In this document: positions 45,580 through 53,391 of the stretch, piece after piece
How the letters are laid out: the number at the start of each line of letters is the position of its first letter
How positions within the stretch are numbered: position 1 is the stretch's first letter
Assembly: GCA_003153505.1 (NCBI GenBank)
Contig: PLZA01000025.1
Coordinates: 4,513 to 68,512, forward strand
Length of the DNA stretch: 64,000 nucleotides
Origin: Candidatus Dormiibacterota bacterium
GTDB taxonomy: Bacteria; Chloroflexota; Dormibacteria; Aeolococcales; Aeolococcaceae
Direction of reading: 5' to 3'
Translations under genes and position numbers: made by a program
Notes under the pieces: model-generated
Database searches by the model: none
The model's input: only the letters and a program-made list of their open reading frames with translations
Told to the model about the DNA's origin: nothing

Positions 45580-46818
45580 GTGGCCCAGCAACGCGATCTC
45601 GACGTGGTCGTCTTTGGTGCGACTGGGTTTGTCGGCCGGCTGGTCGCCGCTTACCTGGCGCGTCACGCCCCGGACGGCGTGCGCGTCGGACTCGCAGCGA
45701 GGTCCCAGGAGAAGCTGTCCGCGATCCGCTCCAGACTCGGACCGAGTGCCGAGTCGTGGCCACTCATCGTGGCCAACTCCGATGACACGCGCTCGCTCAC
45801 AGCGCTTGCCGGCAGGACACGCGTGGTGGCGACCACTGTGGGGCCATATCGAAAACACGGGCTGCCGCTGGTGATGGCATGCACCGATGCGGGCACGCAC
45901 TACGCCGACCTCGCCGGCGAGGTCGCCTTCATGCGCGAGAGCATCGACACGTGTCACGAGGAAGCCGCGCGGACCGGCGTGCGCATCGTTCATGCGTGCG
46001 GATTCGACTCGATCCCCTCGGACCTGGGAGTCCTGCTGCTGCATCAGGCAGTCGGGGCCGACGGCGCGGGCGATCTCGAGGACACCACGCTCGTCGTGAA
46101 GATCATGAAGGGAACGCTCAGCGGTGGAACCATCGACTCCATGCGAGTGCAGCTCCAGGAGGCCCGCGCAGAACCGAGCGTTCGCCGGCTCGTCGCTGAT
46201 CCGTATGCGTTGAGCCCCGATCGCGCTGAGGAGCCGGCACTTGGCGACGAACGCGACCTGCTGTCCGTCCGCCACGACAGCGACCTGGGCATGTGGGTCG
46301 GTCCCTTCCTGATGGCAGGCTCGAACACGCGCGTGGTGCGGCGCAGCAACGCGCTGCAGGGCTGGGCGTACGGGCGGCATTTCCGGTATCGGGAGGTGAC
46401 CGGGTTCGGGAGCGGTGTCCCGGCTCCGTTCAAAGCGGCCGGGATGGCGAGCTTGGTCGTCGGTCTGGCGGCCGGCCTCAGCTTTGGGCCATCGCGTGCG
46501 GTCCTCGGACGCGTGCTGCCGGCTCCTGGTGAGGGGCCGAGCGAAAAGGCTCGCGAAGCGGGGTCGTTCCTGGTCGAAATCCATACCCGGACGTCGAGTG
46601 GGAAGCGGTATATCAGCCGCGTGGGAGCGCGTGGTGACCCGGGTTACGCCGCGACCTCGGTGATGCTCGGCGAGTCGGCGCTGTGCCTGGCCTTCGACGA
46701 GGAGCGTCTCCCGGCGCGCGCCGGCGTCCTCACTCCGGCGACGGCAATGGGAACGCGGCTGGTTGAGCGGCTCCAGGCGGCGGGAATGACCCTGAGCGCC
46801 CAGCCTGCTGGGGCCTGA
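45580..46818 (+). CDS. saccharopine-dehydrogenase-family NAD(P)-binding oxidoreductase
   Basis: VVVFGATGFVGRLVAAYLARH (Rossmann) and C-terminal saccharopine-dehydrogenase-like domain. 412 aa. Confidence 0.75.
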   Translation: MAQQRDLDVVVFGATGFVGRLVAAYLARHAPDGVRVGLAARSQEKLSAIRSRLGPSAESWPLIVANSDDTRSLTALAGRTRVVATTVGPYRKHGLPLVMACTDAGTHYADLAGEVAFMRESIDTCHEEAARTGVRIVHACGFDSIPSDLGVLLLHQAVGADGAGDLEDTTLVVKIMKGTLSGGTIDSMRVQLQEARAEPSVRRLVADPYALSPDRAEEPALGDERDLLSVRHDSDLGMWVGPFLMAGSNTRVVRRSNALQGWAYGRHFRYREVTGFGSGVPAPFKAAGMASLVVGLAAGLSFGPSRAVLGRVLPAPGEGPSEKAREAGSFLVEIHTRTSSGKRYISRVGARGDPGYAATSVMLGESALCLAFDEERLPARAGVLTPATAMGTRLVERLQAAGMTLSAQPAGA

Positions 46819-46998
46819 GAGAACGACACCGACTCGCACATCGGGTGCGCCAAACAGCGCCGGGCGCTGCTCTAACTGACGGCTATGGAGGAAGACATCC
46901 GCCAATGCCTTCGGCTCCGGCAACCGCACAGCCACCTCGCCCACACGTGGGTCGCTCGCGGCGCGTGGCGCACTGAGGGGTACCGAGCGCTCGCCGAC

Positions 46999-47154
46999 AT
47001 GATCGTGTATGCCCTGGCCGGCGCGCTTGGGCTGCTCGTGGCTCCGGCCATCGGACTCATCCTCTTCTGTGTGCTGCCCGTGTTCTACGCGGTTTCCAGT
47101 GAGGGACAATCGGCAGCCAGGGGAGGCCTGCCTTCACGCCGCCAACGGGAGTAG
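46999..47154 (+). CDS. possible small single-TM protein (51 aa)
   Basis: MIVYALAGALGLLVAPAIGLILFCVLPVFYAVSSEGQ... The longer ORF 46885..47154 has a non-coding-like N-terminal part. Confidence 0.2.
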   Translation: MIVYALAGALGLLVAPAIGLILFCVLPVFYAVSSEGQSAARGGLPSRRQRE

Positions 47155-47230
47155 CGTTGCCGCGCATGCCGTGCTGCGATGTCCGGAGGATTTCACGGAT
47201 CGCGACGTGGCCCGCTTTCGGGTGATCTGA

Positions 47231-47773
47231 ATGGCGGATGCGTGGCCCGCTGTCGAGCCCGAGTTGAGCGACGGCCGGCCTCCCACGCGACGGCGGCCTC
47301 GCAGCCTGCTCATCGCCGCCATCGTGCTGGTTCCAATCGCGATCGGGGTATTGGTCAGCACCGTGCTCTACTCGACTCGAGTGGCACCATCGGTGTCGGT
47401 GCTGGCGCCATTGCCTTCGCCGAGCGCGATGGATGCGTTTGTCACCGACGGGCAGGTGCTGCTCGTCGAGCCGGCGACGTCAGCTCCCGTGTCCATGCTG
47501 ACCGGACGGAAGATCGAGATCGTTCTGAACACGGGCATCGGACAGACGGTGTCCACGCTCGATCCGTCAGTCCTCGAAGCAGTCGCAAATCCACTGTGTC
47601 ATCTCACCCCAGTCTGCGGTGTGACGGGCGCAGGGTCGTGGACATTCCTTGCACGACGCTCGGGGACGGCGAATCTCCATGTCATCTTCGGTACCGGCAA
47701 CTGCCCCCAGCGTTCCAGCTGCCCGCGATTGCTGCAGCTGCTGATTCCGATCACGGTGATGCGCACTCCATAA
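47231..47773 (+). CDS. membrane-anchored (N-in, single TM) secreted-domain protein with 5 Cys; hypothetical, loosely chagasin/I42-inhibitor-like
   Basis: Arg-rich N-terminus, TM LLIAAIVLVPIAIGVLVSTVL, ectodomain ...GRKIEIVLNTGIGQTV...GAGSWTFLARRSGTANLHVIF.... Confidence 0.4.
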   Translation: MADAWPAVEPELSDGRPPTRRRPRSLLIAAIVLVPIAIGVLVSTVLYSTRVAPSVSVLAPLPSPSAMDAFVTDGQVLLVEPATSAPVSMLTGRKIEIVLNTGIGQTVSTLDPSVLEAVANPLCHLTPVCGVTGAGSWTFLARRSGTANLHVIFGTGNCPQRSSCPRLLQLLIPITVMRTP

Positions 47774-47806
47774 GACGCATCACGCCCGCGATCGTCAGCG
47801 TTCCGA

Positions 47807-50800
47807 TCAGACAGCTCGAACCTCTCCGATTCTGCGGCCCACCAGGGGAAGGACGTCCAACGGCGGATCGGCTGCATCGTCGTCGTCACCGATCGCATAG
47901 GCGACGGCTTCGTCGATCGTCATCGCCGCCCCGAGGCTTCGAGCCCGTGCCAGCGTTTCCTCGTCCAGCAGCCCGCACACCCTGGACACGGTGCGCTCGG
48001 CGGCGTCGCGGTCGGGGAGACTGTCAGGAGCAGCACCGCATCGCGCAGCGATACTCTCCACCGCCGCCGCCAGAACCGCGGCCCGGAACGGTCGATCGGT
48101 GGCGGCCGCGATGAACGCACAGGTCTCCATGGTGGTTGACAACCCGAGGGCGAACTCGGTGCGATGAGCAATGCGCAGCGACGCGACCGCGTGGTCTCGG
48201 GCCACGCTGTAGCTCCCCACATGGCGCTCGAGATTGGCGAGACTGTTGCGCACGGTCACGGTGCCGAGACAGTCTTCGAAGCCGAGACGGATCGCGGCTT
48301 CATACCAGGCTCGAGCCTGCTCGAAATCGCCGCGGTAGAAACAGGTTTCGCCAAGATTCCCATAACCGGCCATGAGCCCAACCGGTATCTTGAGCAACTC
48401 CCATACCGCTACGGCCTGGCGGAAATGCGCTTCGGCACCGGCAGCGTCGTCGCGCTTGTTTGCGAGGATGCCAAGGCTGTTATGCAGCACTGCCACGTTG
48501 GGCTGGTCGTCAGCCTGCAGCGAAAGCGCCATGCCCTCGACAAAGGCCGCCTCGGCTTCGCCAATGTCTCCTTGAATCGCGGCAAGGCGCCCCTTGCCGC
48601 TGAGCGCACGCCCGCGGGCTCGATTACTCCCACCCTGCATTGCCAGTGCACGATCGAGCCAGACGCGTCCCTCCGTGAGCGAGCCCTGCAGCCACCAGTA
48701 GTGCCACCAGGTGGCTGCGAGGCAGAGAAACAGCGCGGCATCAGCTCCCTCAGCCCACTCGAGAGCTGCCCGAGCATTGCTGTAATCGGCGTCCAGCCGG
48801 CGGACGAGCGTGCCCGATCGGACTTCGCGGTACCGCTGCTCAAATGACTCTCCGACACTCAAATAGTGCGTGGCATGGCGACTCCGAATCCGGTCTCCCC
48901 ACGGGTCATTCGCCAGTTTGTCTTGAGCGAACTGGCGCACCGTTTCGAGCAGCCGATAGCGTCCTTCCCCCGCGACCAGGTCGGAATACACGACCAGCGA
49001 TTTGTCGACCAGTTTCGCCAGCAATTCGACAACCTCCGCGGAGGGAAGGTCGTGGTCCGCACAGACGGTCTCAGCGGCGGCGAGGTCAAAGCTCCCGGCA
49101 AACACGCCCAATCGGCGGAACATGAGTTGTTCCTGTGCCGTGAGCAGGCGGTGACTCCAGTCGATCGTCTCCTGCATGGTGCGGTGGCGCGAGACGGTCG
49201 CCCGCCGGCTGCCGGTGATGAGCCGGAAGCGGTTCCCAAGGTGTTCCAGCAACTCTTCGGGTGAGAGCGCCGCACTGCGCGCGGCCGCAAGCTCGATGGC
49301 AAGGGGGATGCCGTCGAGCCGGGCGCAGAGTTGTGTGACGGCTCCCGCGTTGCCGGCGGTGAGGGCGAACGACTGACGCGACTTGTGCGCGCGCTCGACG
49401 AAAAGTCTCACCGCGTCGTGCTCGAGAAGCCGCTCGACGGAGGGGATCCGCGCAGCGTTCGGGGTGTCGAGCGGCGGCACCGACCAGGCCTGCTCCCCGT
49501 CGCAATTGAGGCGCTCTCGGCTGGTTGCGAGAATTGACAGCGCGGCGCAATCGCGGAGCAGTGTTTGCGCCAGTTCAGCCGTGGCGTCAACCAGGTGCTC
49601 GCAGTTGTCGAAGACAAGGAGCAGATGGCGTGGCTCGAGGAGCCCGGCAAGGCTCTGCACCGGAGTGAGGTCGGGTTGCTGACGAAGCCCCAGCCGGGCC
49701 ATCACCTCATGAGGGAGCGCCTCGGCCTCAGCAACGGTCGCGAGATCGATGAGCCAGACGCCATCGCGATAGCGGTCAACGGCGCGGCGCGCGACCTGAA
49801 GGGCGAGCCGGGTCTTTCCGATGCCACCCGAACCGACCAGGGTGACCAGGCGATTCGATGCCAGCAGCTCCGCCACCTCGGCGATCTGGTCTGCACGCCC
49901 TATGAAGCTGGAAACCTCGGCGGGGAGGTTGGTGCGGCTGCTCGTCGCTGACGGCGGATGGACGCGCCCTTCGGGTTCGGTGGAGCGAACAGGACTCACC
50001 TCATGCCTGAGGATCTCCCGGAACGTCGCCTGGAGGTCGGGTCCCGGCTCCATCCCCAGGTCATCCAACAGCCGGCGACGGGTGCGCTGATACGCGTCGG
50101 AAGCCTCGGCCTGCCGTCCGCACCGATAGAGCGTGACGAGGAGTTGGCTTTGCAGGCGTTCCCGAAGTGGATGCTCGTCGGCAAGCGCCTCGATCGCGCT
50201 GACGTTCTCTCGATGCAGGCCCATGCGCAGGCAGAGGTCGAATCGATCCTCGAGCGCCTCGAGGCGCAGCTTCTCGAAGCGAACGCGGTAGGCAGCGACA
50301 AAGGCAGCGTCGCCGAAGTCGTCCAGAGTGGGGCCTCGCCACAAGCCGAGAGCGCGGTCAAACAGGGCGAGCGCCTGCTGGTGACCGCCGCCGCCGGCAG
50401 CGGTTCGAGCTTCCGCGATGAGCCCGCGAAAGCGCGTCAGATCAAGTTCATCGGCCTTGAGCAATAGGGAGTATCCGGCCGGCCGACGCACCAAGAGCCT
50501 GCCCTCGGTGTGATCACAGTTCCCGTTCGGTTCGATCGTTCGACGCAACCGGTGGACGTGAACCCGAAGCGCGTCGACGACTCCATCGGCGGGCTCATCG
50601 CCCCAGATGATCTTCACGAGCTCGTCGTCCGACACGACGCGGTTCGCCTCGAGCGCGAGGGCCGCCAGGAGCATCCGCTGTTTCGCCCCACCGAGGTCGA
50701 GCGGCTTCCCATTGCGCCATACCTCGAGCGGGCCGAGGATGGCGAGGTCAAGAGCGAGCGACTCTGTGGGGGCCTGTCCGATCAGCGCCCCCCTGCCGTG

Positions 50801-50809
50801 AGCGGACAT
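47807..50809 (-). CDS. AfsR/SARP-family STAND regulator (wHTH + BTAD + NB-ARC ATPase + TPR), 1000 aa
   Basis: LAILGPLEVWRNGKPLDLGGAKQRMLLAALALE...LVKIIWGDEP (wHTH); BTAD; Walker A LVGSGGIGKTRLALQVA; TPR-like C-terminus. Confidence 0.8.
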   Translation of the reverse strand: MSAHGRGALIGQAPTESLALDLAILGPLEVWRNGKPLDLGGAKQRMLLAALALEANRVVSDDELVKIIWGDEPADGVVDALRVHVHRLRRTIEPNGNCDHTEGRLLVRRPAGYSLLLKADELDLTRFRGLIAEARTAAGGGGHQQALALFDRALGLWRGPTLDDFGDAAFVAAYRVRFEKLRLEALEDRFDLCLRMGLHRENVSAIEALADEHPLRERLQSQLLVTLYRCGRQAEASDAYQRTRRRLLDDLGMEPGPDLQATFREILRHEVSPVRSTEPEGRVHPPSATSSRTNLPAEVSSFIGRADQIAEVAELLASNRLVTLVGSGGIGKTRLALQVARRAVDRYRDGVWLIDLATVAEAEALPHEVMARLGLRQQPDLTPVQSLAGLLEPRHLLLVFDNCEHLVDATAELAQTLLRDCAALSILATSRERLNCDGEQAWSVPPLDTPNAARIPSVERLLEHDAVRLFVERAHKSRQSFALTAGNAGAVTQLCARLDGIPLAIELAAARSAALSPEELLEHLGNRFRLITGSRRATVSRHRTMQETIDWSHRLLTAQEQLMFRRLGVFAGSFDLAAAETVCADHDLPSAEVVELLAKLVDKSLVVYSDLVAGEGRYRLLETVRQFAQDKLANDPWGDRIRSRHATHYLSVGESFEQRYREVRSGTLVRRLDADYSNARAALEWAEGADAALFLCLAATWWHYWWLQGSLTEGRVWLDRALAMQGGSNRARGRALSGKGRLAAIQGDIGEAEAAFVEGMALSLQADDQPNVAVLHNSLGILANKRDDAAGAEAHFRQAVAVWELLKIPVGLMAGYGNLGETCFYRGDFEQARAWYEAAIRLGFEDCLGTVTVRNSLANLERHVGSYSVARDHAVASLRIAHRTEFALGLSTTMETCAFIAAATDRPFRAAVLAAAVESIAARCGAAPDSLPDRDAAERTVSRVCGLLDEETLARARSLGAAMTIDEAVAYAIGDDDDAADPPLDVLPLVGRRIGEVRAV

Positions 50810-50941
50810 CGTAATCAGGATCTTATTTGGTTGAAAGCCCCTTCACCGATGCTGGCGGCAGTTCACCCGCGACCGGCCTTTCAGGAAGACCACGGAACGG
50901 GCTCCTCCTGACTGTCCAATTCGCCGCAGGAGGCCAGCCCT

Positions 50942-51424
50942 GTGCGCAACCACACCGGACCCGCCTCAGCGTCGCGTGCACCAAGCCGTCAGCAGCCGGA
51001 TCGGGGTAGCTCCACTCCTTCGCTGCGCACGGAGCGTGACCGGGCTCGTTGTGCCGAGCTCTACAGTGCTCACCGCGAAACGATCTTCGATCATTGTCTG
51101 CGACGGCTGGGGTCGCGCATGGATGCCGAGGACGCGGTACAGGAGACCTTTGTACGGGTCCTGTCCCATCCGCCACCACCCCAGATCGAGCCCCTTGCCT
51201 GGCTGCGACGAGTGGCCAGCAACCTGTGCATCGATCACATCCGGCGCCTCTACAGACAGGACAGACAGACGGACCCGTCGACCCTTGATGTTCCGCTTCG
51301 CGGTCGAATTCATTGGCGCCGACACACTCGAAGGTCGCGCCTTCGCCGACAAGTGGCGCTACGCGGAGTTCCGCCACGCATTTCGGGTGACAACGGTGGT
51401 CTGGGGCCTCTCATACATCGCTGA
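50942..51424 (+). pseudogene. ECF sigma-70 factor remnant: regions 2.1-2.4 present, region 4 absent
   Basis: AELYSAHRETIFDHCLRRLGSRMDAEDAVQETFVRVLSH...PLAWLRRVASNLCIDHIRR is sigma-70 region 2. The downstream sequence in this frame is Arg-rich nonsense. A membrane-protein C-terminal fragment lies in the +1 frame (see findings). Confidence 0.5.
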
Positions 51425-51650
51425 AGCCGCTGTACAACTCGTGATCATCCAGCTCGCGTCGACCACCTTCGCCAAGACCACGTCACAGGTGCTGCCGCTC
51501 CTGTTCACCGGCGCGGTGATTGCCTGGAACATCTCGTACGCCAAACGTGGCCAGCGACGAGGTGCCCTGCTGGAGGCCGCCGCTCGCGCTCGCGGTGATA
51601 GAGCCCCCGAGATGCCGGCGTAGCGCTACCGCGCGCGAAAGCGCCGGCGC

Positions 51651-51908
51651 TCAGTCGTCGTCGCCGCAGGCGTGCGCGTTCGAGACGGCCTGCAGCTCAT
51701 CGAAGATCCGTCGCACGACCGCCGAGTGCGTCGCAGCCGATGCCAGGGTCGCGAGCTCGCCGTCGATGGCCGCCAGGATGGCGTCGACCTCTTCGCCACT
51801 GACGAGCACGTCCATCGATTCAGCGGCACGCTCGACATCCGATGCGCCATACGCCACGCGCACGGTGATGCGATGTGCCGGGGTGGCGACTGTCGCTGCG
51901 CTGGTCAT
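51651..51908 (-). CDS. small hypothetical protein (about 85 aa)
   Basis: MTSAATVATPAHRITVRVAYGASDVERAAESMDVLVSGEEVDAILAAIDGELATLASAATHSAVVRRIFDELQAVSNAHACGDDD. No family recognised. Start inferred internal to the ORF 51651..52109. Confidence 0.35.
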   Translation of the reverse strand: MTSAATVATPAHRITVRVAYGASDVERAAESMDVLVSGEEVDAILAAIDGELATLASAATHSAVVRRIFDELQAVSNAHACGDDD

Positions 51909-52112
51909 GTGTGCATGGTCACCCTCGCTCGCTGGCTTCGCCAGTGCCGTTGGTCCCAAAAACCCCTCGGGGGGGTGATCGCAGAGCCACGCATGCCAAG
52001 CGACCTTCGGTCCTCGGGTGAGGACTTTCGCCTCTGTTGGCGGCGGCATGCGGTGGCGGATGGTGGGTTCGGCGGAGACCCACCAGTCTCCCAAGCATGA
52101 GGAGAACACACC

Positions 52113-52601
52113 ATGCGAAAAGCCATGACGAAGACCGTGCGAACGCGCCGGCTAACGCGCAATCCTGAGGACGGCCTGCTGAACAAGACCTGGGCCGGCA
52201 TCGCTCGACGGGAGGAAGCGGTGCTCAACGCCGCCACCGAGGTGGTTGAGACCCTGCCCGCCCCGGCAGACGTCGTCGACGGCGCCCTGGCGTTCGCCGC
52301 CAGGACCCTGAAGGCGCAGCGGGAAGCGCTTGTGCCACTCCTCCAGACTGTCACGCCCGAGATGGCAATGGGCCGCTCGGCTCCCACCGTCGCCGAAGCT
52401 GTCGCATCAGCATTCGGCCTCGCTGAACGGGTGCTCGAGACGCAGCGGAAAGCGCTCCGCGGGATGATCGAAACGGTCACGCCGCCGCTTTCCAGGCACG
52501 CCAGGCGGGCAAATGCCGCCCCGGCGCCCCCGAAGCCCGCAGTCGCACGCCGCGCCGTGCGCCGCGTCGCCGCGAGGAAGACGACGAGCGTCCGCGGCTA
52601 A
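52113..52601 (+). CDS. hypothetical protein with an internal duplicated about 27-aa helical module and an Arg/Ala-rich basic tail
   Basis: LAFAARTLKAQREALVPLLQTVTPEMA vs FGLAERVLETQRKALRGMIETVTPPLS. C-terminal ...PKPAVARRAVRRVAARKTTSVRG. Confidence 0.45.
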   Translation: MRKAMTKTVRTRRLTRNPEDGLLNKTWAGIARREEAVLNAATEVVETLPAPADVVDGALAFAARTLKAQREALVPLLQTVTPEMAMGRSAPTVAEAVASAFGLAERVLETQRKALRGMIETVTPPLSRHARRANAAPAPPKPAVARRAVRRVAARKTTSVRG

Positions 52602-52668
52602 AGTTCCCCACTCCAGGAGGGCTTCGCGACCTCACGTGAGGCTCGCGGAGCCCTTTGCGTGATGTCGC

Positions 52669-53268
52669 CTAGTGGGCTCCGACGATCAACGCCCGCACCG
52701 CGTCCACCACCAGCTGGACCGCGATGGCGGAGAGGAGGAGCGCGAGGACGCGGGTCAGGAAATCGACGAACGCCGGTCTGAGAAGGCGCGCCAGCTGCCC
52801 CGCGAGCAACAGGATGACCGCCACCGCTGCCACCACCGCCACCACCCCGAGGGTCACGCCGATCCGGCCGGCGACGTCGCTGTGACGGTTGGCGAGGACC
52901 ATCACCGCGGCGATCGCGCCTGGACCGGCGAGCAATGGGGTGGCGAGGGGAACCAGCACGATGTTGACGTTGCCGCTCACCTCCCCCGAGCGTCCGCGGA
53001 ACATCTCGAGCGCAACGAGCAGGAGGAGGAGACCGCCGGCGATGGCGAGACTTTGAATCGAGACGTTGAGGTAGCTCAGGAGAATGCGTCCGAACAGCGC
53101 GAAGACCGCGATGAGCAGGCCGGCCGTGGCGGCGGCCTGGACCGCGGCCCAGCGCCGCTGGGCAGGTGTCCGCCCAGCCGTCAGCGCAACGAACATCGGG
53201 ACCGTTCCGAGCGGATCCACGATCACGAAGAGCGTCACGACGGTCTCTGAGAACGCGAGCCAGTTCAC
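52669..53268 (-). CDS. MarC-family (UPF0056) integral membrane protein
   Basis: MNWLAFSETVVTLFVIVDPLGTVPMFVALTAGRTPAQRR... is the typical MarC N-terminus. Six TM helices. Confidence 0.8.
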   Translation of the reverse strand: MNWLAFSETVVTLFVIVDPLGTVPMFVALTAGRTPAQRRWAAVQAAATAGLLIAVFALFGRILLSYLNVSIQSLAIAGGLLLLLVALEMFRGRSGEVSGNVNIVLVPLATPLLAGPGAIAAVMVLANRHSDVAGRIGVTLGVVAVVAAVAVILLLAGQLARLLRPAFVDFLTRVLALLLSAIAVQLVVDAVRALIVGAH

Positions 53269-53391
53269 GCACGGAAGCCTAGTGGTATTCCGACCGAGCC
53301 GTCACGAATTGCCGGCAGGGCTCAGGCGACACCGCAGCGCGTCGCTGCCAGCGTGCACCTCCGCTTGCGCACACCTGCTGTGGCACGCGCC

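Noticed and set aside
51290-51424. Searched for sigma-70 region 4 (HTH) downstream of the ECF sigma region 2
   Set aside because: No frame encodes a region-4-like helix-turn-helix. The +1 frame encodes a hydrophobic membrane-protein fragment instead, so the sigma gene is called a remnant.
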